A stretch of DNA of 58,432 nt, from contig CAKZTQ010000021.1 in the NCBI GenBank assembly GCA_937921735.1, positions 1 to 58,432 of the forward strand. The letters run 5' to 3'. Positions 1 through 9,423 of the stretch are shown in pieces. Origin of the DNA: an uncultured archaeon (GTDB lineage Archaea > Hadarchaeota > Hadarchaeia > Hadarchaeales > Hadarchaeaceae). A program made the translations under genes and the position numbers. The notes beneath the pieces are model-generated. The model did not search any database. It saw only the letters and a list, made by a program, of their open reading frames with translations, and was not told the origin of the DNA. Numbering within the stretch: the stretch's first letter is position 1; each line of letters opens with the position of its first letter.

Positions 1-2
1 TT

Positions 3-968
3 TTAAAATGATATGAAGGTGCCCTCAAGCCGTCGGTTCAGCCCTTTGAGCTCGAGTTTCGCTTCTCTTTCCACCCTCTTCAGAACTTCCTTGCTCTTTT
101 CATCCTCCGCCACTTTAAGAGAGCTGCGAACGAACCTGAGCACGTCCTCGAGGTGACGCTCGGGCTTGAAGTTCCGGTCGCCCCAATCAAAGATCGCACA
201 CATGTTCCCCGCTAAAAAGCTCGTTTCGTAATCACCGTATAGCTTGCTCACTCGCTGCTTGGTTTCATCTGGCAGGATCGCCTCCCCCTCCCTCCTGAAG
301 AGCAAGTCGGTGCCGTTGTCTGCCAGCCCGAACAGGGCCTCGGCGACGAACACGTACATCTTAAACTCCGGCCACCACTCCTTGAAGCGCTGTTCCCACT
401 CGAGCAAACGAGAGCAGCCTTTAAAGGATGCGGCGATGCTGAAGATGAGCAGCTTTTGCACGCCGTAGTCGCGCCTTCGGAGCTCATCGCGGACCTCCGC
501 AAGCGTACGGCTCAACGAGACACCGGTCGCTATCGTGTCGCCCGTCAGCAACACGCCGTTGTTCGGCAACGGGTCGAAGTTGCGATAGTTGATCTCCGCC
601 CCGAACTCTCCACCGGAGATCCTGAACCTCCTCGCGCCGACGAAACACCTGGGCAAATAGCTCCCGAAGAGCTTCTCGAAGGCCTCGTCGAAGCAATAGC
701 CGAGGCTCCCCCGAAGCACCACGATCTCGCACACATCGCGTGAGCGAATTTTTCTCAAGGACGGTAAAAGGGTCCACGCCACCTTTAGGAAGACCTTGCT
801 GCACTCGAGCGAGAGCTTTTTAAGTCTATCGCCGCACACTACCGGGTTGAACAGGATCTTCCTCGCTTCGGGCATGCAGACGATGTAGGTATTTTTTGGC
901 AGCTCGGGATGATCAACTTTATAAATGCTTTCTTTCAGCGGGAGGTCGAGTTTCCTGAGGGCATCCAC
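3..968 (-). CDS. Type I phosphoribosyltransferase-fold protein (UPRTase-like, function uncertain)
   Basis: PRPP-binding-like motif VLLTGDTIATGVSL and upstream VVLRGSL (cf. ILRAG of UPRTases). Confidence 0.55.
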   Translation of the reverse strand: MDALRKLDLPLKESIYKVDHPELPKNTYIVCMPEARKILFNPVVCGDRLKKLSLECSKVFLKVAWTLLPSLRKIRSRDVCEIVVLRGSLGYCFDEAFEKLFGSYLPRCFVGARRFRISGGEFGAEINYRNFDPLPNNGVLLTGDTIATGVSLSRTLAEVRDELRRRDYGVQKLLIFSIAASFKGCSRLLEWEQRFKEWWPEFKMYVFVAEALFGLADNGTDLLFRREGEAILPDETKQRVSKLYGDYETSFLAGNMCAIFDWGDRNFKPERHLEDVLRFVRSSLKVAEDEKSKEVLKRVEREAKLELKGLNRRLEGTFISF

Positions 969-1087
969 GCCAACACCGTAAAGCCTTAACGTCCACGGTT
1001 TATAAGCCCTCTGAAGGAGCTGGCGATATCACGCAATTTTTGAACATCGGGGATATCTCTAATAGACTTTGACCCGAATTTTAAAAT

Positions 1088-3979
1088 GTGGTCGAATTGG
1101 AAGCCCCCAGCGTCTTGGAGCTCTTCTCAAAGCCCATGAGGGAAGCCATAAACCGAAGGGGATTTTTGGCCCTGACGGATCCCCAGAAGGAGGCCATACC
1201 CCACATCCTAAGGGGCGAAAACGTGCTGCTGATCGCTCCCTCGGGCACGGGAAAGACGGAAGCGGCGATGTTGCCCATCTTCGATTTGTTGCTTCGCTCC
1301 GAGAGGCCGCCTGGAATCAAGCTCCTCTACATAACCCCGCTCCGCGCCCTCAACCGGGACCTGCTCGAGAGACTGGAATGGTGGTGCAAAGCGCTCGACC
1401 TCCGCATAGCCATCAGACATGGCGACACCGAGATCAGGGAGAGGGCAAAACAGGCGCTGGCGCCACCTGACATCCTGATCACGACGCCCGAGACGCTTCA
1501 AGCGATCTTGGTGGGCAGGGTGCTCCAGCGCCACCTGAGGGCGTTGCGATGGGTGGTCGTCGACGAGGTGCACGAGCTTGTAAACAACAAACGAGGGAGC
1601 CAGCTCGCGGTATCGCTTGAGAGGCTCAGGATGGTGGCGGGCCAAGATTTCCAAATCGTCGGGCTCTCCGCGACCGTGGGCTCGCCGGAGGAAGTGGCGA
1701 GGGCACTCGTGGGCGAAGGGAGGAAGTGCGTCGTCTTGAGGGTCCCCGTCGCGAGGATGATGCGCCTGCAGATCCTGTACCCGAAACCTAAGAAAGGGGA
1801 TATGGAGCTCGCGGCCAGGCTCTACACGTATCCCGACGTCGCCGCCCGTTTGCGCGTGATGAGGGAGCTCATCGAAAGCCACCGTTCGACGCTTCTCTTC
1901 ACCAACACCCGCTCCATCGCCGAGATACTGGCCAGTCGCTTCAGGACCTGGGACTTAAGCGTGCCTATCAGCATCCATCATGGCAGCCTATCCAAGCCCT
2001 CGAGGCTTCAAGCCGAGGGTGGGCTCAAGGGGGGCACGTTGAGAGGGGTCGTCTGCACCTCCTCGCTCGAGCTGGGGATAGACGTGGGCTCCATAGAGCT
2101 CGTGATCCAGTACAACTCGCCTAGGCAAGTCAGCAGGCTGGTGCAGAGGGTGGGGAGGAGCGGTCACTGGCTAGAGTGGGTAGCGAAGGGAGCGATCGTC
2201 TGCATGGACTCCGACGACCTCTGGGAGGCTGCGGTCATAGCGAGACGAAGCCTGCAGGAGGACCTCGAGCCCATCAGGATACCAGAGAAGCCCCTCGACG
2301 TCCTAGCCCAGCAGATCGCCGGCTTGTTGATTCAACGGGAGACCTGGTCCACCAAGGAGATGCTTGAGCTCATCAGGAGAGCGTATCCATATCGCGACCT
2401 AGACGAGCGCGAGCTGAGGGAAGTCTTAACCTACATGAGCGGCAGAAGTCCACGCCTCGCCAACCTCTCCCGCGACGGGAGGATCGTCTCAAGGCCGCTA
2501 GGAAAAAAGCCGCTCTACGATTACTATTTCTCGAGGCTCTCCATGATCCCCGAGGAGAGACAATATCTGGCCGTGGACGAGGCGACGAACATGCCGGTTG
2601 GGCTGCTAGACGAGGTCTTCCTCGCCGAACACGGCGAGCCGGGGACGAGGCTCATCCTGGCGGGCTCGGCCTGGAAGATCCTCCACATCCATGAAAACGT
2701 GGTCTACCTGAAGCCTGAAGAGGACCCCACGGGAGCGATCCCAAGTTGGGCAGGAGAGGAGATCCCCGTGCCGCTAGAGGTGGCGATGGAGGTCGGGGCC
2801 ATCAGGAGGAAGGTGAATGAAGCGATCGCGAGCCATAAGCCGATATCCGAAATCGTGGGGGAGTTGACCTCGAGGTACCCCGTGGGGGAGGAAGAGGCCG
2901 AGCTGGGGATTTCCGAGATGTTGGAGCAATTGAAGCGTGGGCTGCCCCTGCCCACGGATCGAAGGGTGACGGTCGAAGGATGGGAGGAAATGGTGATCGT
3001 GAACTGCACGTTTGGTTTGTTGGTCAACAGGACCGTCGCCAGGCTTTTGGCCCACCTCCTCAGCGAACGCATCGGGGCATCCGTCGGCGTACATCAGGAC
3101 CCGTACAGGATCGTGCTGAAAAGTCCGGACATCAGCCCACAGGAGGTGATGTCCACGATGCGACAACTGGCCGCCTTGCCCATCGAACCCCTGCTCCGTC
3201 AAGCCGCGGCGAAGACCGGGCTATTCAAGCGCAGGTTCGTTCATGTCGCCAGGCGCTTTGGGGCCATAGAGGAGGGGGCAGAACTAAGCTCCGTGAGGAT
3301 GTCCAAGTTACTGAAGGCGTTTGAGGGTACCGTAGTTTACGAGGAAGCGCTGAAGGAGACGCTCTTCAACGACTTCGACCTCGAGGGAGCGAAAAAGGTG
3401 ATGAACATGATAAATCGTGGCGAGATAACGATCGAGCAAGTGGAAAACCACGGCGAGCTGACCCCCATCTCCAGAATAGGGATAATCGAGCTCACTTGGA
3501 AGAGCGACATAGTGCCGCCGGAGCGCATGAAGAAGGTGCTAATCGAATCCATGCGCGCTAGGATAATGGGTGAAAGCAAGGTCCTCGCGTGCGCCGAGTG
3601 TTGGAAATATTGTGAGCTCAAGGCAATCAAGGATATACCGCGCGAGCTTAAATGCCCCGCCTGCGGCTCGCGTTTGATAGGCGCCGTCGACGAGGATCAG
3701 GAGTTGGTCAAAGAAGTGTTGGAGAAGGTCTCGTGCGGCAAGAAGTTGGCCCCAGTTGAGGCGAGGATAAGGGGCGAGATATCCAAAACATCTAAATTAG
3801 TCGCAAAATATGGCTTAGCGGCGCTCGCGGCGCTCTCGGCGCGCGGTTTGGCGGCGAGCGAGGTCGAGTCCATCCTACATGAGGGGGGAAAGCTGAACCA
3901 GCGCTTCTTCGAGCTGCTCCTAGAGGCTGAAAGACAAGCGTTGAGAAGGAGGTTTTTATTCAGACCGAGGCGTCGATGA
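1088..3979 (+). CDS. lhr: Lhr-family SF2 ATP-dependent helicase with C-terminal Zn ribbon
   Basis: APSGTGKT, ITPLRAL, TTPETL, DEVH, SAT, TSSLELGID, QRVGRSGH, IPSWAGE; CxxC...CPxC near C-terminus. Confidence 0.93.
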   Translation: MVELEAPSVLELFSKPMREAINRRGFLALTDPQKEAIPHILRGENVLLIAPSGTGKTEAAMLPIFDLLLRSERPPGIKLLYITPLRALNRDLLERLEWWCKALDLRIAIRHGDTEIRERAKQALAPPDILITTPETLQAILVGRVLQRHLRALRWVVVDEVHELVNNKRGSQLAVSLERLRMVAGQDFQIVGLSATVGSPEEVARALVGEGRKCVVLRVPVARMMRLQILYPKPKKGDMELAARLYTYPDVAARLRVMRELIESHRSTLLFTNTRSIAEILASRFRTWDLSVPISIHHGSLSKPSRLQAEGGLKGGTLRGVVCTSSLELGIDVGSIELVIQYNSPRQVSRLVQRVGRSGHWLEWVAKGAIVCMDSDDLWEAAVIARRSLQEDLEPIRIPEKPLDVLAQQIAGLLIQRETWSTKEMLELIRRAYPYRDLDERELREVLTYMSGRSPRLANLSRDGRIVSRPLGKKPLYDYYFSRLSMIPEERQYLAVDEATNMPVGLLDEVFLAEHGEPGTRLILAGSAWKILHIHENVVYLKPEEDPTGAIPSWAGEEIPVPLEVAMEVGAIRRKVNEAIASHKPISEIVGELTSRYPVGEEEAELGISEMLEQLKRGLPLPTDRRVTVEGWEEMVIVNCTFGLLVNRTVARLLAHLLSERIGASVGVHQDPYRIVLKSPDISPQEVMSTMRQLAALPIEPLLRQAAAKTGLFKRRFVHVARRFGAIEEGAELSSVRMSKLLKAFEGTVVYEEALKETLFNDFDLEGAKKVMNMINRGEITIEQVENHGELTPISRIGIIELTWKSDIVPPERMKKVLIESMRARIMGESKVLACAECWKYCELKAIKDIPRELKCPACGSRLIGAVDEDQELVKEVLEKVSCGKKLAPVEARIRGEISKTSKLVAKYGLAALAALSARGLAASEVESILHEGGKLNQRFFELLLEAERQALRRRFLFRPRRR

Positions 3980-4030
3980 TCATGGGTAACGTCTTCTACC
4001 CTTGTCGCTGATGAGTTAAAAAAAACGCCA

Positions 4031-4594
4031 TCATAATTTTACCTCTTTCCCCATCACCTGCCGAAGCAGAAGTCTGCTATCTATCTCCGCCCTGGCTTTC
4101 CAGCCCGTGTAAAGCATATCCTGCTCGTCCTGCATCAGATAACCCCGCCTAATGAAGCGGTCGAGCGTCATGCCAACCGCCCATTCCGGAAACTTCTCCT
4201 TTAAAAGCTGTTCCACCTCCGCCCTAGGTACCTTGCCATGTTTGGAATGGATGTAGGCCAGTGCAACCGCAAGCATCGCCAGTTCGTCCACCCTCCATCC
4301 CGAGAGCTGAGCCTCCGTGGCGGTTATTGCCTCCTTTGCGACGACGTAGAACCTAGCGCGCTCAAGCTGTTCCTCCGTCGGCTTCGTGGGCTCCTCGGCT
4401 TGCTCGTACACCACCTTGATATCCAAACCCAGCTCGTCGAGATGTCTTCGCGTGAGCTCAATTATCTTCACGTAATCTTTCCCCAAGCACTTCCTCAATT
4501 CCCAACCACGCACGCCAGGCGAGCGATGCCTCTGGAAGAGCAATAGACGGACCGCTCGCCTTACCTTCTGAATCAACTCAGCTTCCTCGGCCAT
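4031..4594 (-). CDS. Tandem winged-helix KITE-like protein (Nse1/Nse3-MAGE-like)
   Basis: 187 aa, third gene of SMC operon; LDRFIRRGYL...YTGWKARAEID resembles the WH-B end of Nse1/MAGE proteins. Confidence 0.65.
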   Translation of the reverse strand: MAEEAELIQKVRRAVRLLLFQRHRSPGVRGWELRKCLGKDYVKIIELTRRHLDELGLDIKVVYEQAEEPTKPTEEQLERARFYVVAKEAITATEAQLSGWRVDELAMLAVALAYIHSKHGKVPRAEVEQLLKEKFPEWAVGMTLDRFIRRGYLMQDEQDMLYTGWKARAEIDSRLLLRQVMGKEVKL

Positions 4595-5375
4595 GTTCCC
4601 TTGACCTCCTTTCCTTCCACCGCTCGTAGGTGAGGGCGATGGGCACAGAGCTGGTGGCGGCCGCCTTTCCCTCTAAGGGCTTGAGGTAAATCTCCTCGCT
4701 GAGGGGATCTAGCTCCAGCGTCGCGAGCCCCTGGGAGATCATGAACGCGACGTAGTAGGCCCTTTCGACCGACTTCTCGTAAGTATCCTGCACGACGAAA
4801 TCCCAGTAATCCACCTTCCCCGACCTCGCCTCCTCCTTGAGCCTCCGATGGAGCTCCTCGATCCTTCCCTGCAGCTCGGCCGTGGAGACGAACTTAAACC
4901 TCAGCAACTCCGAGAACGACACCGTCCCTGGGGAAGCCTCGACGACCTCCTCCATCCGCATTCGCTCTCGAAGCGGCGGCAAGGTATTCCAGTAGTCTAT
5001 GGCCTCCTGAAGCCTTTGAGGCGTGACCTGCTCGAGGGACATTATCGGCCTCCAAGCCGCCAGCAGGCAACGCGCTAGCTCCGCCGGCTCGAGGAGCTTG
5101 AGCTTGGCCTCCACCAGCTCCGGGTCGACGTAAAGCATGGCCGCCTGGCGCTTCAACCAATCGCCCTGAAGTTTGATGACCGTCGAGAGCTCGTTGAAGG
5201 CCTCGGCATCCAAAAGCAGCTCGTCTATCGCCTTCCATTTAGGCAAGTATTTCCTCAGCACCTCAAGCTTTTTCCTGACGTCGATCTCAAAGGGATCTAG
5301 GCCCTTGAGCCTCACGCTTTGGCAAAGGCTAATTATCCTCATGAGCTCCGCCAGAGCCACCTTTCTGCCCGACAT
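4578..5375 (-). CDS. Kleisin-like protein (ScpA/Nse4-like)
   Basis: N-terminal LDPFEIDV (cf. ScpA DPWDID); C-terminal DYWDFVV..TYEKSVERAYYVAFMISQG...ALTYERW resembles the Nse4 C-terminal WH; coupled to the SMC gene (TGATG overlap). Confidence 0.7.
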   Translation of the reverse strand: MSGRKVALAELMRIISLCQSVRLKGLDPFEIDVRKKLEVLRKYLPKWKAIDELLLDAEAFNELSTVIKLQGDWLKRQAAMLYVDPELVEAKLKLLEPAELARCLLAAWRPIMSLEQVTPQRLQEAIDYWNTLPPLRERMRMEEVVEASPGTVSFSELLRFKFVSTAELQGRIEELHRRLKEEARSGKVDYWDFVVQDTYEKSVERAYYVAFMISQGLATLELDPLSEEIYLKPLEGKAAATSSVPIALTYERWKERRSREHGRGS

Positions 5376-7228
5376 CAGCTCACCACAGATACCTCGGATT
5401 TTCCTTGAACCTTCTGCACGAGTATCATGTTCGCTACCTCGCTGCTGAACACGACTTGGCTTGGGGTGATGAACACGTACTGGGCGTCGGAATCCGCGGC
5501 CGAGTCGATTATCAGCTTGGCCATCAGCTCGCGGTTGAGGGGATCCATGTGTATGTCGAACTCGTCCACCGCGCGGAAGGGGGAGCGCAGGTGTTGTTGA
5601 AGCGAGAGGAGAAAGGCCATCAGGGCGACGGTGCGCTCGCCGCCGCTTTGGGTATAGGCGTCCAGCACCAGCGGCTCGCCGCCCCTGTAGCCGACGAGCA
5701 GCTCAAGTCCAGCTCCCTCGATGTCTTCCATGTTCACCAGCCTGACGGAACCGGTTGCCCCCACCCTCGCGAGGTTAGCTTGATAAAGGGGGTTCACCTC
5801 GTCGATGAGCCTCTCGAGCGTCCTCCTCCACAGCGACTTCCTTAGCTCAACGTCCTCGAGCGCCCTCCGCCTGTTTTCTGAGACCTCCTTTATCCTATCG
5901 CTCAGCTTGCTGTAGATCTCCAAGTGATGGTTGTAGACCTCCTCCGCCTCCTCCGGCACCTCAGCTAGGGCGGCGAGCTGGGCGCTGACGTACTTGAGCT
6001 CCTCTAGCACTTCGCCGGGCGTCCTCTTCGTCTCTATCCTCACCCCCGCCTTCGCGCGCTCGGGCTCGAGCTGCCTCAGATCCTCCTCCTCTTCGGAAAG
6101 CCTCTTGTTGAGGTGGCGGATCTCCCTTTCCAACAACCCCTTCCGATATCTCGAGACCGCCTCGTCTACCTTAACGTCGACCACCTCGTCGAAAAGTTTG
6201 GAGATCTCCTTCTCCGACTCGGTTATCTGCCCCTCGATTTTTGCCTTGGCCCGTTGAAGCTTCCTCACCTCTTGGCGGACTTTAGATCGTTCGCCGGTGC
6301 TCTCGCCCGATGCCTCCAGCTGCGCCATTTGTCTCTCGATCGAGATCAGATCGTAGAAGAGTCCTCGGTACCTGAATCGCTCCTGCTCCAACCTTCGGGA
6401 GAGTGACTCATGGGCCAATCGCCTTTCGGATATCCTGCGCGCCAGCGACTCGAGCGTGGCCTCCATCCGTTTTATCCTTTCCTTAAGCTCCTCGATGTCC
6501 CTCTCGTGCTTTATTATCCTGGCCCAGATTTCCTCCCTCTCGAGCATGGCCTTGCGGGACCTGAGCTCTCGCTTCAACTTGAGCTTCTCGTATTGCTCCT
6601 TCCAGTAAGCTAGGGTTTGCTCGGCCGATTTCAGCAGGTTGGCCACCGCCTCCTCCTCGCCGACCAGCCTGTTCAGCTTCTCCTGCGCTTCCAGCACCCT
6701 GCGCCTGTAATCCTGAAACCCGACCGCCTCCTCGACGAGCTGCAGCCTCTCCTCCGGCGAGATGATGCCGAATTGCTCGATCATGTTTTGGTGCATTATG
6801 ACGAGCATGTTGTCGGGGTTCAAACCGATGCCCCTGAAGATGCGCTCGACCCTGCCCTTTGGCACCTGCTTGTAGTCCATCTCGTACCAGTAGGTGCCAT
6901 CGTCCTTGAGGTACCTAGACAGCGCGACGGAATCCGAACGGCTGAAGGGGAAAGGCCTTACCCCGTCGACGGGCGTATTATCGAACAGTAGAGTCACCCT
7001 CGCCGCCCTCTTGCCGTGCCTTATCAAATCTCGGAGCTTCCTGGCGCGCTCGGTGTAGCTTTGACCCATCGCGACGGATATCGCCACGAGGATCGCCGAT
7101 TTTCCGGCACCGTTGGGGCCACAGATGAGGTTGAGGCCCCGCTTGAAAGGTATCCTAGCGTACTCATAGGACATGAAGTTCTCCAGGATTACTTCCTGGA
7201 GGTAGGTCTTCGGAGCACGAATAGCCAT
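5375..7228 (-). CDS. Short SMC5/6-like ATPase (617 aa; no recognisable hinge or Zn hook)
   Basis: LENFMSY, Walker [10 protein letters not shown]-loop MHQN, central coiled coil, signature QSGGERT, Walker B/D-loop FRAVDEFDIHMD, QYVFITP. Confidence 0.9.
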   Translation of the reverse strand: MAIRAPKTYLQEVILENFMSYEYARIPFKRGLNLICGPNGAGKSAILVAISVAMGQSYTERARKLRDLIRHGKRAARVTLLFDNTPVDGVRPFPFSRSDSVALSRYLKDDGTYWYEMDYKQVPKGRVERIFRGIGLNPDNMLVIMHQNMIEQFGIISPEERLQLVEEAVGFQDYRRRVLEAQEKLNRLVGEEEAVANLLKSAEQTLAYWKEQYEKLKLKRELRSRKAMLEREEIWARIIKHERDIEELKERIKRMEATLESLARRISERRLAHESLSRRLEQERFRYRGLFYDLISIERQMAQLEASGESTGERSKVRQEVRKLQRAKAKIEGQITESEKEISKLFDEVVDVKVDEAVSRYRKGLLEREIRHLNKRLSEEEEDLRQLEPERAKAGVRIETKRTPGEVLEELKYVSAQLAALAEVPEEAEEVYNHHLEIYSKLSDRIKEVSENRRRALEDVELRKSLWRRTLERLIDEVNPLYQANLARVGATGSVRLVNMEDIEGAGLELLVGYRGGEPLVLDAYTQSGGERTVALMAFLLSLQQHLRSPFRAVDEFDIHMDPLNRELMAKLIIDSAADSDAQYVFITPSQVVFSSEVANMILVQKVQGKSEVSVVS

Positions 7229-7301
7229 AGCATCGCCATGCCTCGGTCTCTTTAATTATTTTAGTCCTCCAGCCTTAAGAGATATGAGCTCAGGTGGGGA
7301 A

Positions 7302-7991
7302 ATGGTCACCGCTGGAAAGATATTCACGCTCAGGGAGGAGATAGGGCTCAAGGCGATGGCGGCGAAGCTCAAGGGCTACAGGGAGGAGAGAGTTCAACCC
7401 CTCGAGGGGGGAGGAGAAGCCACGCTTTTAACCGAGATCTCCGACCTCACCCTTACGACGGACGAGCTGAAGGGCATCTTCTCCCAAGATAACGTCGTGG
7501 ACATCTACCAGCGAGGAAAGTTCATCCAACAGGTGAGGACGAGGGAGACGCCCTTCGTGTTTTCGCTTTACCGGGGACGCGTGCTCCTAACCGTGCTCGA
7601 GAGGAAGTTTCAAGCGAACAACATAGCCAACCAGCTCAGCAGGGCCCTGTTCGTCACCTCCGGACAAATAGTCGAGGCCAAGATCCCGCCGGAAACGCTC
7701 AAGGCATTTCACGAACGAAACCCCGAGGATACGAAGGTGATATTCTTCGACGAGGTCGACATGCCGAACATCAGCAAGCTCTCGCTCTACGGCTCTAGCT
7801 TGATAAACACCTCGCTGTACGAGAATTACTGCAGCCATGGAAAGATTTGGTACCTAGTTTTCAAGTCGAAGAAGCACGGGTATGTCGTGGGCGTGACGCG
7901 GAATGCTATTGTGACGATATTTAACAACGTCTCCGAGGAGGAATTCATGGATTACGTAAGGGGCGAGGTCTTTCCATTGTTATCTCTTTAG
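7302..7991 (+). CDS. Hypothetical protein divergent from the SMC operon
   Basis: Long ORF with host-like codon usage; GGTGGGG SD before ATG 7302 (alternative start 7284); no motif recognised. Confidence 0.75.
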   Translation: MVTAGKIFTLREEIGLKAMAAKLKGYREERVQPLEGGGEATLLTEISDLTLTTDELKGIFSQDNVVDIYQRGKFIQQVRTRETPFVFSLYRGRVLLTVLERKFQANNIANQLSRALFVTSGQIVEAKIPPETLKAFHERNPEDTKVIFFDEVDMPNISKLSLYGSSLINTSLYENYCSHGKIWYLVFKSKKHGYVVGVTRNAIVTIFNNVSEEEFMDYVRGEVFPLLSL

Positions 7992-8072
7992 GCCACCTTT
8001 TGGTATGCATATTTTCACTAACATCAAGGAAGTCGAGGGTGCAGCCCAGCCCTAGGACTCGCTTAAAGTTAG

Positions 8073-8085
8073 GTGGACCGGGCGG
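8073..8085. repeat. 13-bp direct repeat of the tRNA-Ala 3' end (att-like), partner at 8614-8626
   Basis: GTGGACCGGGCGG occurs exactly at 8073-8085 and 8614-8626. Confidence 0.75.
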
Positions 8086-8134
8086 TATGATAAATAAATC
8101 CTGAAAAATATTTTTTGGTATGGGTGGGGTTAAA

Positions 8135-8554
8135 GTGAGGCTGTGGTTAATTCATCCTAAATATCTCGATTGTAAGGGTTTGATTGCTGTTTGGAGGGAA
8201 GGCCTTTTGGCAAAGAAGGTTCTGGAGGGAAAAACTAGGGGCTATACGAATCACCCACAACTCAAAATTTTTAAAGAGCACGAGAAGCCTGTTGATCTGA
8301 TTAACGCTTATTTATTTCAAATTTACCTCGAAGCCCAGAGGAGAGGCTATTCTTTTAATTTTTCAAAGATAGAGCCCTTGAACTTGAAAGAGGTTGTAAC
8401 TGTTGCAAGAGGACAATTGAAAGACGAGTTTCGGTTGTTACTGGAAAAGTTAAAAACAAGAGACAAAAAGAAGTTTGAAGAAATAAAGAACTTGGAACTT
8501 GATAGCGTAGAGCCAAATCCAATTTTCAGAGTGGCGGAGAAACAAAGGTTTTAA
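8135..8554 (+). CDS. Pyrimidine-dimer DNA glycosylase (T4 endonuclease V/DenV-like)
   Basis: (M)RLWLIHPKYLDCKGLIAVWREGLLA...GYTNHPQL; GTG start after GGTGGGGT (ORF track start 8120); AT-rich. Confidence 0.85.
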   Translation: MRLWLIHPKYLDCKGLIAVWREGLLAKKVLEGKTRGYTNHPQLKIFKEHEKPVDLINAYLFQIYLEAQRRGYSFNFSKIEPLNLKEVVTVARGQLKDEFRLLLEKLKTRDKKKFEEIKNLELDSVEPNPIFRVAEKQRF

Positions 8555-8614
8555 AATTATGTTATGATGTGGTAGAACCCTTTATGGTTTAATCATTATT
8601 AATAAAAAATTAAG

Positions 8615-8700
8615 TGGACCGGGCGGGATTCGAACCCGCGGCCTCCCGCTTTCTCGGGCACCATGCGAAGCGGGCGTTCATACCGCTGAACTACCGGCCC
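8615..8700 (-). tRNA. tRNA-Ala(CGC) with 13-nt intron at 37/38
   Basis: Cloverleaf GGGCCGG...CCGGTCCA, G3:U70 Ala identity pair, anticodon CGC, intron TGGTGCCCGAGAA forming a BHB, T-loop TTCGAAT. Confidence 0.95.
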
Positions 8701-8749
8701 AAAATTAATTTTGACCGATGACTTAAATTTATGCCCCCCATTTGAACAA

Positions 8750-9076
8750 GAGAAATCCCAACCCGTGAAGCCTGCCAAAATAAGTCAAGTTCTCGCGGGC
8801 CGTTAGATCATCGTAGGGGGTCGAATCCTTGCGGTACTACGCCTATTTTCTTTCTGACCTCCCTCGGATGTCGCCTGATATCATGGCCGCCGACCCACGC
8901 GGTCCCCGCGTAGGCGTAAGGACCGTTGCCAGCATCGCCACCCGTGGTGCTCTTGCCAGCGCCGTTGGGGCCGAGCAGACCGAAGATTTCCCCTTCCTCG
9001 ACCATCAGGTTTAGGCGATCCAACCGCCTTCCGTCCATCGAAACCTTGGTGAGCTCACGGTTTCTACGATTGCCAT
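8750..9076 (-). pseudogene. Degenerate ABC transporter ATPase (drug-export type), N-terminal part only
   Basis: Segments MAIVE / RELTK / [17 protein letters not shown] / [11 protein letters not shown] / [16 protein letters not shown] / [19 protein letters not shown] lie in shifting frames; no signature or Walker B follows. Confidence 0.8.
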
Positions 9077-9252
9077 AATGACCGATAGGTATCCCTTTTC
9101 GCTCAAAAAGTAAAAACATTGGGGCACCCAAACCGCACATTTATAAGCAACCTTGGAGCAGTCAAAGCGGATACAACGGGGTAAAAACCCTTAGGAAAAC
9201 AGCTGGGCTGTTTTTCTTGAGTTGTATCCAGAAAAGAAAGAGGAGAGTAGGA

Positions 9253-9423
9253 ATGGCGTACAGACAGTTTGGGCGCAGGGAAGGTTTCAAGCGAGAGATG
9301 TACAAAGCGATCTGCTCCGATTGCGGGGCCGAAACCGAGGTCCCATTTAAGCCGACCGAGGGCAGACCGGTGTACTGTAGGGCTTGCTTCCAAAAGCGCC
9401 GAGGGTCAAGGGGCCGGTACTAG
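9253..9423 (+). CDS. CxxC-x17-CxxC zinc-ribbon protein
   Basis: REMYKAICSDCG..TEVPFKPTEGRPVYCRACF; AGGAG upstream of ATG 9253. Confidence 0.9.
   Translation: MAYRQFGRREGFKREMYKAICSDCGAETEVPFKPTEGRPVYCRACFQKRRGSRGRY

Noticed and set aside
4031-7991. Wadjet/MksBEFG or Lamassu defence system
   Set aside because: No Toprim JetD or other recognisable effector; the SMC is much shorter than JetC; composition is host-like
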